A stretch of DNA of 64,000 bases, taken from assembly GCA_963836755.1 (NCBI GenBank), contig CAWIKF010000002.1:32001-96000 (forward strand), written 5' to 3'. The position numbers and the translations under genes were made by a program. The notes beneath the pieces are model-generated. The model did no database searches and was not told where the DNA came from. It saw only the letters and a program-made list of their open reading frames with translations. Of the stretch, positions 28,616 through 40,680 are shown in pieces. Within the stretch, counting starts at the first letter, position 1; the number at the start of each line of letters is the position of its first letter. Source of the DNA: an uncultured Verrucomicrobiae bacterium. GTDB taxonomy: Bacteria > Verrucomicrobiota > Verrucomicrobiia > Chthoniobacterales > Chthoniobacteraceae.

Positions 28616-30883
28616 ATGAACCCAATCAAAGTCTGGCTCGGCCACCCGTATCCTCTCGGCGCAACTTGGAAAAAGAACGGCGTGAACTTCGCGCTTTTTT
28701 CCGAAAATGCGACAGGCGTGGACCTTTGCCTTTTTGACGATGCCGATGCGCCGACGGAGCAAATTCGCATCCGGATGACGGAGCAATCCGATCAGGTCTG
28801 GCATGTTTTTTTACCCGATATCAAACCCGGCCAGCTTTACGGTTACCGCGTTTATGGGCCGTATGATCCGGAGAAAGGTCACCGCTTCAACGCGTCGAAG
28901 CTCGTAATCGATCCTTACGCAAAGGCGATTGCGGGTGGGATCAACTGGAGCGACGAAATGTTTGGCTACACGCTCGGCGACGAGAAGGAAGATTTCACGC
29001 GCGACTATCGCGATGACGCGTGGGGCATCCCGAAATCGGTCGTGGTCGATTCGGCGTTTGACTGGGAAGACGATGCGCCGCCCGGCACGCCGCTCTCGGA
29101 CTCGGTCATTTACGAAGTCCACGTGAAAGGTTTTTCGCAGTTGTGCCCGGAAGTTCCGGAGAAAATTCGCGGCACGTATGAAGCGCTCGGCAGCACTTTT
29201 GCGATCGACTATTTCAAAAAGCTGGGCATCACGGCGGTCGAGCTTTTGCCGGTGCATCAGTTCGTGAACGACAAGACGCTCATCGATAAAGGGCTCAGCA
29301 ATTACTGGGGCTACAACACGATCGGCTACTTCGCGCCGGACTGCCGATATAGCGCGAGCGGCCGCGACGGCGAGCAGGTGAAGGAATTCCAGCGGATGGT
29401 GAAAAATCTGCACGCAGCGGGCATCGAGGTCATCCTCGACGTCGTCTACAATCACACCGCGGAGGGCAATCACCTCGGGCCGACGCTTTGTTTCAAAGGC
29501 ATCGATAATTACAATTATTACCGGCTCGTGCCCGACAATCTGCGCTACTACATGGATTACACCGGCACCGGCAACACGTTAAACGTGATGCAGCCGCGTG
29601 TTTTACAATTGATCATGGACTCGCTGCGCTACTGGGTCACGGAAATGCACGTAGACGGCTTCCGCTTCGACCTCGCGGCGACACTCGCGCGCGAGCTGCA
29701 CAGCGTCAGCAAGCTGAGCGCATTTTTCGACATCATTCACCAGGACCCGATTTTGTCGCAGGTGAAACTCATCGCGGAGCCGTGGGACGTGGGTGAAGGC
29801 GGCTATCAGGTCGGGAATTTTCCGGTCCTTTGGGCCGAGTGGAATGGAAAATATCGCGATGCGGTGCGCGGCTATTGGAAAGGCGACGAAGGCCACATCG
29901 GCGACATGGGCTACCGGCTCACCGGCTCACCAGATTTGTATCAGTGGAATGGCAAACGCCCGCAGGCCAGCATCAATTTCATCGTCGCGCACGATGGCTA
30001 CACGCTCGCGGATTTAGTCAGCTACAACGACAAGCACAACGAAGCGAACGGCGAGGGAAACAACGACGGCGACAACAACAACAAATCATGGAATTGCGGC
30101 GATGAGGGCCCGACCAAAGATGAGGAAATCAATGCATTGCGCCGTCGCCAGCAGCGCAATTTTCTCTGCACGCTTTTCTTGTCGCAGGGCGTGCCGATGC
30201 TTTGCGGCGGCGACGAATGCGGCCGCACCCAGCTCGGCAACAACAATGCGTATTGTCAGGACAACGAAATTTCGTGGACACATTGGGACTGGGACGAGCA
30301 TGCGAAACGGCTCAACGATTTCACCGGGAAATTGATTCACCTGCGGCGCAATCACCCGATTTTTCGCCGGCCAAAGTTTTTCCAAGGCCGCAAAATCCGC
30401 GGCTCGGACGTGAAGGACATCATGTGGTTCAATCCCGGCGGAACGGAAATGACCGACGAGGAATGGAACACGAGCTACGTCCGGACGCTCGGCCTGATGC
30501 TCAGCGGCGACACGATCGACGTGCGCGATTTCCACGGCGAGCCAATCCGCGACGACACGTTTTTGATGCTGCTGAATGCGCACCACGAAACGTTAAAGTT
30601 TGTTTTGCCTGGGCAGGAGGATGTCCGGTGGGAGTTGATCCTCGACACGCGGATCGAGGAAGGTTTTCTTGAGACCTCGAAGATCTTTTCGGCAGGTGAT
30701 GAATTCGAAATCGACGCACGATCTTTTTGCCTGCTGCGCCTCAGCGTCGGCGATCAATCGCATGCCCGCAGCGATTCGTGGAAGCGCCGCCAGGAGAAGC
30801 TCGCGACTGCCGAAAGAACTTCGGCGGCCGAACAAAAGGCTGAGGCGAAAAAATCGCAAAAGAGCTCGCAAAGCAAGCAGTGA
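28616..30883 (+). CDS. glgX: Glycogen debranching enzyme GlgX
   Basis: GH13 motifs [30 protein letters not shown] and HDGYTL. Confidence 0.97.
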   Translation: MNPIKVWLGHPYPLGATWKKNGVNFALFSENATGVDLCLFDDADAPTEQIRIRMTEQSDQVWHVFLPDIKPGQLYGYRVYGPYDPEKGHRFNASKLVIDPYAKAIAGGINWSDEMFGYTLGDEKEDFTRDYRDDAWGIPKSVVVDSAFDWEDDAPPGTPLSDSVIYEVHVKGFSQLCPEVPEKIRGTYEALGSTFAIDYFKKLGITAVELLPVHQFVNDKTLIDKGLSNYWGYNTIGYFAPDCRYSASGRDGEQVKEFQRMVKNLHAAGIEVILDVVYNHTAEGNHLGPTLCFKGIDNYNYYRLVPDNLRYYMDYTGTGNTLNVMQPRVLQLIMDSLRYWVTEMHVDGFRFDLAATLARELHSVSKLSAFFDIIHQDPILSQVKLIAEPWDVGEGGYQVGNFPVLWAEWNGKYRDAVRGYWKGDEGHIGDMGYRLTGSPDLYQWNGKRPQASINFIVAHDGYTLADLVSYNDKHNEANGEGNNDGDNNNKSWNCGDEGPTKDEEINALRRRQQRNFLCTLFLSQGVPMLCGGDECGRTQLGNNNAYCQDNEISWTHWDWDEHAKRLNDFTGKLIHLRRNHPIFRRPKFFQGRKIRGSDVKDIMWFNPGGTEMTDEEWNTSYVRTLGLMLSGDTIDVRDFHGEPIRDDTFLMLLNAHHETLKFVLPGQEDVRWELILDTRIEEGFLETSKIFSAGDEFEIDARSFCLLRLSVGDQSHARSDSWKRRQEKLATAERTSAAEQKAEAKKSQKSSQSKQ

Positions 30884-30920
30884 CGGGCATCTCCGGCCAG
30901 CCCCGCTTCAAACATCGCGC

Positions 30921-32771
30921 ATGAACTTTGATCTGCTTCCGCAAGGTGCCGACCTCGTCGAGCACGGCGTGCGTTATCGCGTTTGGGCGCCGCGAGATTC
31001 GAAAGTTGAGGTGGAAATTTCCCCGCGCAGCGGCGGTGAAAAACGGGTGCTGCCGTTGGCGATCGACGCGACCGGTTACTATCACGCGATCGACGATCGT
31101 GGCCGTGCGGGTGATTGTTACAAGTTCAAATTCGGCGATCAAAGTCTGCCCGACCCCGCGTCGCGGTGGCAGCCGGAGGGCGTGCACGGACCATCGCAAG
31201 TGATCGATCCGCGCGGCTACGGATGGCGTGATGCGGGCTGGCGGAAAGCTGCGTTCCGCGATCTCGTGATTTACGAATTACACGTCGGCACGTTTACGCC
31301 GGACGGCACTTTTTTGGCGGCGATTGAAAAGCTGCCGCACATCCGCGAGCTCGGCGCGACCGCGATCGAGCTGATGCCAATTGCGGACTTTGCCGGCGAG
31401 CGCAACTGGGGTTACGACGGCGTCTGTCTTTATGCGCCGAGCCGCGCGTATGGGCATCCGGACGACTTGCGAGCGCTTGTAGACGCCGCGCACGAGCAGG
31501 GGCTGACGGTGATCCTCGACGTTGTTTACAATCATCTCGGGCCCGATGGAAATTACCTCGGAAGCTATGCGCCGGGCTACATCGACGAGGCGCGCAAGAC
31601 ACCGTGGGGCGGCGCGCTCCGCTTTGACGATCCCGCATTTCGCCCGCTGCGCGCGCTGTTCGTCGCGAACGCGCCGTATTGGATGGAAGAATTTCACATC
31701 GATGGTTTCCGACTCGATGCGACGCACGCGATCATCGACGAATCGCCGCAGCACATTTTGCAGGAAATCACGTCCGCGATTCACGATCACGGCGGCTTCG
31801 CGATCGCTGAAGATTCTCGCAATGAAACGCGCGTGATTCTGCCGGTGACCGACAACGGACTCGGTTTCGATGGCGTCTGGGCCGACGATTTTCATCACAC
31901 GACGCGCGTCGCGCAGACGCATGAAAACGAATCGTATCTCGGCGATTTTGCGGGCACGCTGACGGAACTCGTCGAGACGCTGCGCCATGGCTGGTTTTAT
32001 CGCGGGCAAATTTCGCCGCGCCGTCACGAGCGCCGCGGCACGGAATGTCGGCATCTGCCGCCGCAGCGTTTCGTGCATTGCATTTCGAATCACGACCAAA
32101 CCGGCAACCACGCATTCGGCGAGCGGCTCAACCACTCGATCTCGCGCGACGCTTACCATGCGGCTTCCGCGCTGCTCTGCCTCACGCCTTATACGCCGAT
32201 GCTTTTCATGGGTCAGGAATGGGCTGCGTCGACGCCGTTTCAATTTTTCACCGATCACAAAGCCGATCTCGGAAAGCTGATCACCAAAGGCCGCCGCGAG
32301 GAGTTCAAAGATTTTTCGCATTTTAAAAACGAAGCTTCGCGCGCGAAAATTCCTGATCCGCAAAGCCCGCGCACTTTTGCCGATTCGAAATTGATCTGGG
32401 ATGAAATTCGCGATGAGAAAAAGTCGAAAACGCTCGAGCTTTACAAAGTCTGCCTCGATCTACGCCGCACCCATCCCGCGTTTCGCCCGCTCACGCGCGA
32501 GAGCTGGCTCGTCGAGGACCTCGACGCCGGCATCGGCGCGCTACGCATCAAATCCGAGCGCGGGGATTGGTTGATCCTTTTTGATTTCATCGCCGGCCAT
32601 CAAGCTTCGCTCTTGGAAGAATGGATGTGCCGTCCGCCGCAGGGCAGCGCGTGGACGCTCGTTTTTTCCACCAACGAACGCCGCTTCGGTGGCGACGGCT
32701 CATGCGCGATCGAGCCGGCGACGATGCAGGCGCGGTTTTCGAAGCCGGAGACCGTCGTCTTGAAATCGTAA
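30921..32771 (+). CDS. treZ: Malto-oligosyltrehalose trehalohydrolase
   Basis: PDPASRWQPEGVHG, YELHVGTF, RNWGYDGV, DGFRLDATH and NHDQ motifs. Confidence 0.93.
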   Translation: MNFDLLPQGADLVEHGVRYRVWAPRDSKVEVEISPRSGGEKRVLPLAIDATGYYHAIDDRGRAGDCYKFKFGDQSLPDPASRWQPEGVHGPSQVIDPRGYGWRDAGWRKAAFRDLVIYELHVGTFTPDGTFLAAIEKLPHIRELGATAIELMPIADFAGERNWGYDGVCLYAPSRAYGHPDDLRALVDAAHEQGLTVILDVVYNHLGPDGNYLGSYAPGYIDEARKTPWGGALRFDDPAFRPLRALFVANAPYWMEEFHIDGFRLDATHAIIDESPQHILQEITSAIHDHGGFAIAEDSRNETRVILPVTDNGLGFDGVWADDFHHTTRVAQTHENESYLGDFAGTLTELVETLRHGWFYRGQISPRRHERRGTECRHLPPQRFVHCISNHDQTGNHAFGERLNHSISRDAYHAASALLCLTPYTPMLFMGQEWAASTPFQFFTDHKADLGKLITKGRREEFKDFSHFKNEASRAKIPDPQSPRTFADSKLIWDEIRDEKKSKTLELYKVCLDLRRTHPAFRPLTRESWLVEDLDAGIGALRIKSERGDWLILFDFIAGHQASLLEEWMCRPPQGSAWTLVFSTNERRFGGDGSCAIEPATMQARFSKPETVVLKS

Positions 32772-32826
32772 CACGGCGGCGACGTTTGCTCGTTGCGCGC
32801 ACGGCGGAAAATTTGTTTGCTCCGTC

Positions 32827-34248
32827 ATGCGGAAAACGAAAATCATCTGCACGCTCGGACCCGCGACGGATTCGGCCGAAATTTTGCGGCAAATGGTCGA
32901 AGCCGGCGCAAATATTTTCCGGCTCAACATGAGCCACGCGCCGCACGAATGGGTGCGAACCTTGGTCCCACGCATCCGCGCGGTCGCGGTCGAGCTCGGC
33001 GAAATGGTCGCGATTCTCATGGACACGCAAGGGCCGGCCATTCGCACCGGCGATCTGCCTACGAAGCTCGATCTCAAGCCCGGCGACATTTTTGAGCTGA
33101 CCGTCCGCGGCGAACGGAGCGAGGAAAATTTTTCCGTGGACGTGAATTACGACGGGCTCATCGACGACATTTCCGTCGGCGACACCGTGCTCGTCGACAA
33201 TGGCGTAATTCATCTCCGCGTGCTCGCGAAGGCGCACAACAAAATCCGCTGCGAAGTGCTCACCGAGGGGACGCTCGGCTCGCGTCGTCACATCAATCTC
33301 CCGGGCGTGCGCGTGAATCTTCCGCCGCTCACGGAAAAAGATTTGCGCGATGTGGAACTGGGCGCGGAGCTCGGCGTGGACATGGTCGCGCTCAGTTTTT
33401 GCCGCGAGGCCAGCGACGTCGCGCTGCTCCGAAAAGTGTTGCGCGAAAACAGCAGCCAGGCGCGCATCGTCGCGAAACTCGAGGATCAGCTCGCGATCAA
33501 AAACATCAACGAAATCATCGCCGCCGCCGATGCGATCATGGTCGCCCGCGGCGATCTCGGCATCGAATGTCCGATGGAGGAGTTGCCGATCATTCAGCGA
33601 CGGATCGTTAAGCGTTGTTTAAAACTTGGCAAACCCGTCATCGTCGCCACACACATGCTCGAATCAATGATCGCGAATCCGGTTCCGACACGCGCCGAAG
33701 TGACCGACGTCGCCAACGCAGTGTTCGAGCAAGCCGACGCGATCATGCTTAGCGGTGAGACGACCGTTGGAAAATATCCGGTCGAATGCGTGAAAGTTCT
33801 CGACCGGGTAGCGCGCCGCATCGAGCGCAGCGGCGGCGCCGGCTTTGCCTCGGAGGCAGTGCTGGACGATGACCGCGAAAAAACTGTGCGCTCCGCGGTC
33901 GTGCTCGCGGATTCGCTGCAGGATTCAAAAATCATCATCTTCACGCGGCGCGGCATCATGGCCGGCTTCCTCTCGAATCTGCGCCCGCGGGCCGCGCCGA
34001 TTTTTGCCTTTGCGCCGACGATTGAAGTTTGCCGTCAGCTCGCGCTCAACTGGGGAACGCGTCCGCTGCGCCTTGCGTTCGATACAAATCCGAACCGCAC
34101 GATCGCTGCCGCGGAATCAATGTTGCTCGAGCGAAATCTGGTCGAGGAAGGCAACCGGCTCGTTATCATCAGCGACATTCTCGCCGGTGAATCGCGCTTC
34201 GCCTCCATCCAATTGCGCGTCGTCGGCGACGACCACGGCCACGCGTGA
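32827..34248 (+). CDS. pyk: Pyruvate kinase
   Basis: RKTKIICTLGP, RLNMSH, IMVARGDLG and DAIMLSGET motifs. Confidence 0.97.
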   Translation: MRKTKIICTLGPATDSAEILRQMVEAGANIFRLNMSHAPHEWVRTLVPRIRAVAVELGEMVAILMDTQGPAIRTGDLPTKLDLKPGDIFELTVRGERSEENFSVDVNYDGLIDDISVGDTVLVDNGVIHLRVLAKAHNKIRCEVLTEGTLGSRRHINLPGVRVNLPPLTEKDLRDVELGAELGVDMVALSFCREASDVALLRKVLRENSSQARIVAKLEDQLAIKNINEIIAAADAIMVARGDLGIECPMEELPIIQRRIVKRCLKLGKPVIVATHMLESMIANPVPTRAEVTDVANAVFEQADAIMLSGETTVGKYPVECVKVLDRVARRIERSGGAGFASEAVLDDDREKTVRSAVVLADSLQDSKIIIFTRRGIMAGFLSNLRPRAAPIFAFAPTIEVCRQLALNWGTRPLRLAFDTNPNRTIAAAESMLLERNLVEEGNRLVIISDILAGESRFASIQLRVVGDDHGHA

Positions 34249-34256
34249 TGCGCGCT

Positions 34257-35108
34257 TCAGCTCGCGCTGTGAACGAAGTTGAGCGGCTTTTCTTTTTTCT
34301 GCAAAGCGCGCCGCAACTTTAGCAGTGCGATGTTTTGCAGCTGCCGGATCCGCTCGCGCGTGACGCCAAACTTTTTCCCAACTTCCTCGAGCGTCTTCGG
34401 CTTTCCGCCGTTCAACCCAAAGCGCTGCATGATGATTTCAAGCTCGCGCTTTTCCAGCACGGCCAAAAGATCGCCCACTTCGTCGCGCAGATTTTGATCG
34501 CTCAACAACTCGAACGGCGTCTGCGCTTCTTCGTCGCCGACGATTTCGCCAAACTCCGTCGAATCATCCTCGCTGATCGGCGCGTCGAGCGACGCGGGCC
34601 GGATCGCGACCGTTTTCAACTGCGAAACTTTTGAAAGGGACAGCCCCACTTCTTCGGCCAGCTCCTCGTCCGTCGGCTCGCGCCCAAGCTCTTCGCTCAT
34701 CTGCAGCGAGACGCGGCGCATCTTGGAAATCTTGTCCACGAGATGCACGGGCAGGCGGATCGTTTTGCTTTGGTTCGCCAGCGCGCGCTTGATCGACTGC
34801 TTGATCCACCAAGCCGCGTAGGTGCTGAGTTTGCCGCCTTTCGCCGGGTCGAAACGTTCGACGGCTTTCATCAAGCCGATGTTGCCTTCCGAAATCAGAT
34901 CGAGCAGCGGCAACCCGAGATTGCTGTAATCGTGCGCGATTTTGACGACGAGCCGCAGGTTTGACCGGATCATCAGCGAGCGGGCTTCCTTGTCGCCCTT
35001 TTTGATTTTCGCGGCCAGACGGATCTCGTCTGCGACGGTCAAAAGCGGAATTTGACCGATCTCACGCAGGTAAATTTTGATCCCAGAATCTGTATCTTCG
35101 GCAGGCAT
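34257..35108 (-). CDS. Sigma-70 family RNA polymerase sigma factor (RpoD/RpoS-like, no region 1.1)
   Basis: YLREIG, NLRLVV, STYAAWWIKQ, TIRLPVH and TRERIRQ motifs. Confidence 0.93.
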   Translation of the reverse strand: MPAEDTDSGIKIYLREIGQIPLLTVADEIRLAAKIKKGDKEARSLMIRSNLRLVVKIAHDYSNLGLPLLDLISEGNIGLMKAVERFDPAKGGKLSTYAAWWIKQSIKRALANQSKTIRLPVHLVDKISKMRRVSLQMSEELGREPTDEELAEEVGLSLSKVSQLKTVAIRPASLDAPISEDDSTEFGEIVGDEEAQTPFELLSDQNLRDEVGDLLAVLEKRELEIIMQRFGLNGGKPKTLEEVGKKFGVTRERIRQLQNIALLKLRRALQKKEKPLNFVHSAS

Positions 35109-35291
35109 TTTTTAAAAATTGGTGCGCTTCATCACGAAGCTCGTCTTCATTAGTTAATTCGTAATCTGCAAGTCTCGTGCTCGTTTAGCACAAAACGTCG
35201 AAAATTAATTAACCACGTTAAGCATTGGAATTGGACACGACTCCGGCGGCACCGTTCAAATCTTTTTACTTTCCAAACAGCATTTGCGAAC

Positions 35292-36833
35292 GTGCTTCCC
35301 GTGCTGGCCAAAGTTTATTCCGCGGCCGTGCTCGGAGTCGATGCTTATGAAGTGGAAATCGAGGTTAACGCCGGCGCGGGCGGACCAAAAATCATCCTCG
35401 TCGGCCTTCCCGACACGGCGGTAAAAGAGAGCCAGGATCGCGTGACGACGGCGATCCAAAACAGCGGATATTTTTGGCCGCGCGGTCGCACGACGATCAA
35501 TCTCGCACCGGCCGATGTGAAAAAAGAGGGGCCGAGTTTCGATCTGCCGATCGCGCTCGGGATGATCGCCGCCGGCGAAGATTTGGATCTGAAAAATGCG
35601 GAGCAATTTTGCTTCGTCGGCGAACTCGCGCTCACCGGCGCAGTTCGCCCAGTCAAAGGCGTGCTTCCGATCGCGATCCACGCGCGCGCCAGCGGGAAAA
35701 AAGCGCTGTTCGTTCCGGAGGCGAATGCCGCCGAAGCCGCCGTGGTTGAAGGTTTGGCGGTTTACGGCGTGCGGAATTTGCGCGAGACGTTTGAGTTTCT
35801 TCGCGACAACGCACCGTTAACGCCCGTCAAAGAAGACGTCTCCGCATTTTTCGCCGCGCATCAAAGTTACGATGCTGATTTTTCTGATGTGAAAGGTCAG
35901 CAGAACGTAAAGCGCGCCATCGAAGTCGCCGCTGCCGGTGGGCACAATTTATTGATGATCGGTCCGCCCGGCTCCGGCAAATCGATGTTGTCGAAACGCA
36001 TTCCGACGATCATCCCGCCAATGACGCTCGATGAGGCGATCGAGACCACCAAAATTCACAGCATCTGCGGTTTGCTCAACGGCAAAAATTCCTTTGTCGC
36101 GACACGCCCGTTCCGTGCGCCGCACCACACGATCTCGGATGTCGGCCTACTGGGCGGTTCGGCGAATCCGACGCCTGGTGAAGTCAGCATCGCGCATAAC
36201 GGCGTCCTTTTTCTCGACGAGCTTCCGGAGTTCAAACGTTCCACGCTCGAGGTGATGCGCCAGCCGCTCGAGGATGGCAAAGTCACGATTTCACGCGCTG
36301 CCGGCTCGATGACTTTTCCGGCTGAGTTCATGCTCGTCGCCGCGATGAACCCGTGTCCGTGCGGATATTTCGGCGATTTAAAACGCGAATGCCGTTGCAG
36401 CGCGCCGCAGGTTCAGAAGTATCGGCAGCGTATTTCCGGGCCGCTGCTCGACCGCATCGACATCCATGTGGAAGTGCCGGCGGTGCAATACAAGGAATTG
36501 TCTGGAAAAACAAACGGTGAGTCTTCCGTAGACATCCGTAAACGCATTGAAGGTGCGCGCGGCGTTCAGCAAAAGCGCTTCGGCAAAATGAAAGCGAGCT
36601 GCAATGCGCGCATGACGACAAAGATGATCAAAACATTTTGCGCGCTCGATGACAGCTCTGCGGATTTGCTGAAGATGGCGATGACGGAGCTCAATTTCAG
36701 CGCCCGCGCTTATGACCGGATTTTAAAAGTGGCGCGCACGATTTCTGATCTGGAAAACGCCGAGAACATTCAGCCGGAACACATCAGCGAGGCAATCCAG
36801 TATCGCACCCTTGATCGGAACCTGTGGACATAG
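35292..36833 (+). CDS. comM: YifB/ComM Mg-chelatase-like AAA ATPase
   Basis: [38 protein letters not shown] and MNPCPCG motifs. Confidence 0.93.
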   Translation: MLPVLAKVYSAAVLGVDAYEVEIEVNAGAGGPKIILVGLPDTAVKESQDRVTTAIQNSGYFWPRGRTTINLAPADVKKEGPSFDLPIALGMIAAGEDLDLKNAEQFCFVGELALTGAVRPVKGVLPIAIHARASGKKALFVPEANAAEAAVVEGLAVYGVRNLRETFEFLRDNAPLTPVKEDVSAFFAAHQSYDADFSDVKGQQNVKRAIEVAAAGGHNLLMIGPPGSGKSMLSKRIPTIIPPMTLDEAIETTKIHSICGLLNGKNSFVATRPFRAPHHTISDVGLLGGSANPTPGEVSIAHNGVLFLDELPEFKRSTLEVMRQPLEDGKVTISRAAGSMTFPAEFMLVAAMNPCPCGYFGDLKRECRCSAPQVQKYRQRISGPLLDRIDIHVEVPAVQYKELSGKTNGESSVDIRKRIEGARGVQQKRFGKMKASCNARMTTKMIKTFCALDDSSADLLKMAMTELNFSARAYDRILKVARTISDLENAENIQPEHISEAIQYRTLDRNLWT

Positions 36834-37527
36834 CGGCGCTTCGCTGTGCACGCCGTTCCTGTTTGTTTAAATCAGCCACAAGCAACACGATTTCGCCGCG
36901 CGGCGGATGTGCTTGAAAATGCGCTAAAAGTGCAGTGGCGAAGCCGCGGCGGAACTCCTCAAATTGCTTCGTCAATTCACGCGCGACGCAAAGCATTCGA
37001 GCGGGTGCGAGTTCTGAAAAAACTTCGAGCGTTTTCAACACGCGATGCGGCGATTCAAAGAAAATCGTGGTCTCAGCGCGGTCGATCGCACTCTGCACCT
37101 CGCGTGCGCGCCCTCCACTTTTCGCCGGCAAAAATCCGCCGTAAAAAAACTCCTCGCTGGAAAATCCGGAGCCGACGAGTGCAACTAAAATGGCGGAAGC
37201 GCCCGGGATGATCGTGTAGGCGATTTGATTTTCGATGCAGGCTCGGACGAGCCGCGCGCCCGGATCAGAAATTCCCGGCATGCCCGCATCGCTGATGACG
37301 GTGACATTTTCTCCGCGCTGCAATCGCTCGAGCAATTCGGCGGTGCGCTTTGCTTCGTTGTGCTCGTGGTAGCTCACGAGCGGCTTCGCGATCTGGTAAT
37401 GCTGCAAAAGCCGGAGCGAATGCCGCGTGTCTTCGCATGCGATCACGTCGGCGTTTTTCAAAACTTCCAGTGCCCGCATCGTGATGTCGCCAAGGTTGCC
37501 GATCGGCGTGGCGACAATGTGAAGCAT
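36784..37527 (-). CDS. rsmI: 16S rRNA (cytidine-1402-2'-O)-methyltransferase
   Basis: [33 protein letters not shown] and RELTK motifs. Confidence 0.96.
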   Translation of the reverse strand: MLHIVATPIGNLGDITMRALEVLKNADVIACEDTRHSLRLLQHYQIAKPLVSYHEHNEAKRTAELLERLQRGENVTVISDAGMPGISDPGARLVRACIENQIAYTIIPGASAILVALVGSGFSSEEFFYGGFLPAKSGGRAREVQSAIDRAETTIFFESPHRVLKTLEVFSELAPARMLCVARELTKQFEEFRRGFATALLAHFQAHPPRGEIVLLVADLNKQERRAQRSAAMSTGSDQGCDTGLPR

Positions 37528-37571
37528 GGAAAATTTGCTCGGCTAGGAGTCTTCGCCCGCTTCGAATTTGC

Positions 37572-38075
37572 TCACCAGCCTTCGCTGGTCTGACTGACGA
37601 TATTTACCGCGGCGTCCTGCAACGCGAGCGGAATCGCCTGGCGCTCATCCTGATTGACGTCGCCGCTGACGAAGAAAGTGGTGTGGCCATTGATGCTGCG
37701 GTCCAGCAATTCCTTGCCATCGGTGCGGCGCTTCACGGCAAAATGCACCTCAATCTGCAGCGCGAATTCCTTCGTCGCAATCACGTTGCCGCGCACGGAC
37801 CGCGCCGGGCTGCGCTTGATCGCCGTAATCGTTCCCTCAAGAACCGCATCGGCGCGATTCGGCGATTCGATTCGATAGGTTCCGTCCTGCTGGAATTGTT
37901 TGATCAGCGTGTCGGCCGCGAGCACTTCGATTCGCGGCTCGAGCGTGTCGTTTTTAAAATCGTCCACCCCGAGCGTCGTCACGCCTTCCATCATTTTTGG
38001 CTTGCTCGCGCCGATGTGATAACCGGCGCACCCGCCGAGCAATAATGCCAGCGCGGAAAAAAACGCGCGTCTCAT
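37572..38075 (-). CDS. lptE: LptE family lipoprotein
   Basis: Lipobox LGGC-AGY, ADAVLEG motif and terminal W; lies downstream of a bamD-like gene. Confidence 0.75.
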   Translation of the reverse strand: MRRAFFSALALLLGGCAGYHIGASKPKMMEGVTTLGVDDFKNDTLEPRIEVLAADTLIKQFQQDGTYRIESPNRADAVLEGTITAIKRSPARSVRGNVIATKEFALQIEVHFAVKRRTDGKELLDRSINGHTTFFVSGDVNQDERQAIPLALQDAAVNIVSQTSEGW

Positions 38076-39262
38076 TGTTGCGGCAGCGATGGCTCAACCG
38101 GCGGCACATCGACCGGCCGCACGGGAGCCACACTGTCCGGGGAGGACCGAAGTTTCGGTTTCGTCGGCGCGACTTCCTCCGGCTCAGCGACCGGCGGTCC
38201 GAGATAATCAGGACGCGAAGCGGTATCCACCTGTGCCTGAAGTTTGCGGTGAGCTTGCGCGCGTGCACCTGTTTCAGTTTTTTCCGGTCCAGCTTGTAAC
38301 GCATCCTCGCCGACGATCCCTTTCAAAGCCTCGATGCGCTTTTTCGCCACGTCAGCCTCCGCGGAATCCGGCTGCGCTTTGATGACCTCATTATAATAGA
38401 TGACGGCAGCTTTGTAGTTTTTCTGCTTGTCGTAAAAACGGGCGATCTCGATCGCGCCGCTCGTATCGCGGGTCTGCAGCGATTTCAGATTTGCCTGAGC
38501 CTGCGCGACTTTCTCGCTGTTTGGATAATGCGCGATGAAATCCTCAAAGGCCTCGCGCGCTTTATTCGCCGCCGCTTTATCGTAGGCCGTGCGCGCTTCT
38601 GTTAAATAAACGTAACCGATCTGATACTGTGCATCGGCCGCTGTCGGGTCGGTGTGATACTTCGCGAGCACGGCCTGGTAAGCGGCGATCGCTTCGGCGG
38701 GTTTGCCTTGTTTTTCGAGAGCCTGGCCGGCGTAATATTGCGCAAGGGCTGCGTATTTTGAATAAGGCGCATCTTTGACGATTGATTCAAAAATCTGCTG
38801 CGCCCGCGCCATCGAAGGAAAAGTTTTGACGCCGAAAAGACGCTTCCGCGCGCCCTCGAGAAACCGCTGGCCGATGTTAAATTCCGCCTCTACCGCATTA
38901 TCGAAGTCCTCACCCTTCGGATATTTCGTTATATATTTGTGATAAGCCTCATAGGCTTGATCGTAGTCGCCAGCCTTTTCCGCCATTTCGCCGACTTTGA
39001 TCTGCGCCGTTGGTGCGGCGCCAGAGGTCGGAAATTTTCGGATCAAGCCGCGGTAGGCGGTCAGCGCGTGCTTATAATCGCCGGCACTCTCGCGCGCTTG
39101 CGCTTTTTGCAATTGCTCGCTCGCCGATCTTTCGACCACATCTTCTTCGTTCGAACTTTCCGTGCTCCAGCCTTCGCCGGCGCGGTAGACGACCACCGCG
39201 CGAGCTCGCGGAGAGAACGAGATGCAGCCCGTCAGCAGAAGGATTGCGAGGATTTTTCGCAT
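38072..39262 (-). CDS. bamD: Outer membrane protein assembly factor BamD-like TPR protein
   Basis: Repeated YP.S-type TPRs and IARFYDKQKNYKAA.IYY..V motif. Confidence 0.8.
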   Translation of the reverse strand: MRKILAILLLTGCISFSPRARAVVVYRAGEGWSTESSNEEDVVERSASEQLQKAQARESAGDYKHALTAYRGLIRKFPTSGAAPTAQIKVGEMAEKAGDYDQAYEAYHKYITKYPKGEDFDNAVEAEFNIGQRFLEGARKRLFGVKTFPSMARAQQIFESIVKDAPYSKYAALAQYYAGQALEKQGKPAEAIAAYQAVLAKYHTDPTAADAQYQIGYVYLTEARTAYDKAAANKAREAFEDFIAHYPNSEKVAQAQANLKSLQTRDTSGAIEIARFYDKQKNYKAAVIYYNEVIKAQPDSAEADVAKKRIEALKGIVGEDALQAGPEKTETGARAQAHRKLQAQVDTASRPDYLGPPVAEPEEVAPTKPKLRSSPDSVAPVRPVDVPPVEPSLPQQ

Positions 39263-39302
39263 AGAGCCGAGCACGCTAATCAAGAGCGCGGCGCACGTCA
39301 AA

Positions 39303-39755
39303 TCAGAATGCCGCGCGGCTTCCGACGGCAGTGGCGGCGCGCACATGCCGAGGAATTAGCACCTCCAGCCGGACTGGCGCGGTGCCGGCATCGAGAATGC
39401 CGATGTCGCGCGCCCCGGTTTTACTCAAATCGATGATGCGGCCGCGCACATACGGGCCGCGGTCGGTGATGCGCGCAATGGTGCTGCGGCCGTTCCGCAA
39501 ATTGATGACGCGGACAAAAGTGCCGAGCGGCAACGTTTTGTGGGCGGCCGTCATTTCATACTGATGAAAGCGCTCGCCGCTCGCGGTCTGCTCGCCAATG
39601 CCGAACCAGCCGGCGGTGTAGAAGGATGCGACACCGAGCTCCGTGCCAGCCGGGTTGGGCTCGAACATTTCATCCGTGTAGCGAATCGACGGGCCCGTCG
39701 CGCACGAAGCAATCACGAGCATCGTGAGGATCGAGAAAGTGATGCGCTTGGTCAT
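39303..39755 (-). CDS. rlpA: Septal ring lytic transglycosylase RlpA family lipoprotein
   Basis: TASGE, MTAAHKTLP and DRGPY..GRIIDLS motifs; lipobox IASC. Confidence 0.9.
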   Translation of the reverse strand: MTKRITFSILTMLVIASCATGPSIRYTDEMFEPNPAGTELGVASFYTAGWFGIGEQTASGERFHQYEMTAAHKTLPLGTFVRVINLRNGRSTIARITDRGPYVRGRIIDLSKTGARDIGILDAGTAPVRLEVLIPRHVRAATAVGSRAAF

Positions 39756-39786
39756 GTGGGGAATTCCGATTACGCTGCTAAAGAAG

Positions 39787-40650
39787 TTGAACGGCAAAAT
39801 CAAGTTCGGAACGTGTGCGTGGACTTATGACGACTGGCGCGGCGTCTTTTATCCCATGGATCTTCCGAAAAACGAGTGGCTCACGTTTTACTCGCGCTAT
39901 TTCTCGGCCGTCGAAATCGATTCCACTTTTTATTCCGCACCAAGCGCGACGGCGGTCGGACATTGGCTCGACGCGACGCCCGACGATTTTTCTTTCACGT
40001 GCAAAATGCCTCGCGCGATCACGCACCTCCACAAACTCCGCAACTGCGGCGGACTGGTGACAAAGTTTCTGGAAAGTCTGGCGCCGCTGCGCACAAAACT
40101 CGGACCGATTTTAATCCAGCTGCCGCCGAGTTTTCGCCTAAGAAAAGATGAGCACGCGCTGAAAGATTTTCTTTTCGACCTGCCGCGAGATTTCTCTTTC
40201 GCGATCGAATTTCGTCACAGCGACTGGCACCTGCCGCGAATTGTGAAGTTATTGGAAGAAAAGAAAATCTGCTGGGCCTGGAGCGATACGAGTCCGCTCG
40301 CAGAACAAAATCGCGCGCCTTTTGAGTTTTTGCCGCAAACCGCCGATTGTCTATACATCCGTTTGCTCGGCGATTTGAAGAACAAGTATCGATCCAATGG
40401 CAGTCGTGCGCATCGGTATGGAAAACTGCAATGGCCACGCCAGTCCGCTTTGGAAAGCTGGGCCATCAAAGTTGAAAAGCACCTCGCGGACACCAACTGC
40501 GCGTATGTCTTTTCCGGGAATCATTATGAAGGATATTCGGCCCTTACGGCGCAGAGAATAGCCGAGCAATTTAAGCAGCAGATTGAGCTGCCTAATTCGG
40601 ATGATGGGATCAAGGGTTCAAAGGAGAACGAGCAACTCGATTTGTTGTAG
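39787..40650 (+). CDS. DUF72 (YecE) family protein
   Basis: GTCAW.Y..W...FYP, VEIDSTFY, ITH, QLPPSF, EFRH and NHYEG motifs. Start is approximate. Confidence 0.9.
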   Translation: MNGKIKFGTCAWTYDDWRGVFYPMDLPKNEWLTFYSRYFSAVEIDSTFYSAPSATAVGHWLDATPDDFSFTCKMPRAITHLHKLRNCGGLVTKFLESLAPLRTKLGPILIQLPPSFRLRKDEHALKDFLFDLPRDFSFAIEFRHSDWHLPRIVKLLEEKKICWAWSDTSPLAEQNRAPFEFLPQTADCLYIRLLGDLKNKYRSNGSRAHRYGKLQWPRQSALESWAIKVEKHLADTNCAYVFSGNHYEGYSALTAQRIAEQFKQQIELPNSDDGIKGSKENEQLDLL

Positions 40651-40680
40651 GAGCGAGTGGTTCATCCAAAGGCCTCAGGC

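Noticed and set aside
35166..35183. Sigma-54-like site upstream of the sigma factor gene (GAGCACGAGACTTGCA on the minus strand)
   Set aside because: It lacks the invariant -24 GG.
36784..36833. 50-bp convergent overlap of comM and rsmI
   Set aside because: Explained by a non-conserved C-terminal run-on of rsmI; common in compact genomes.
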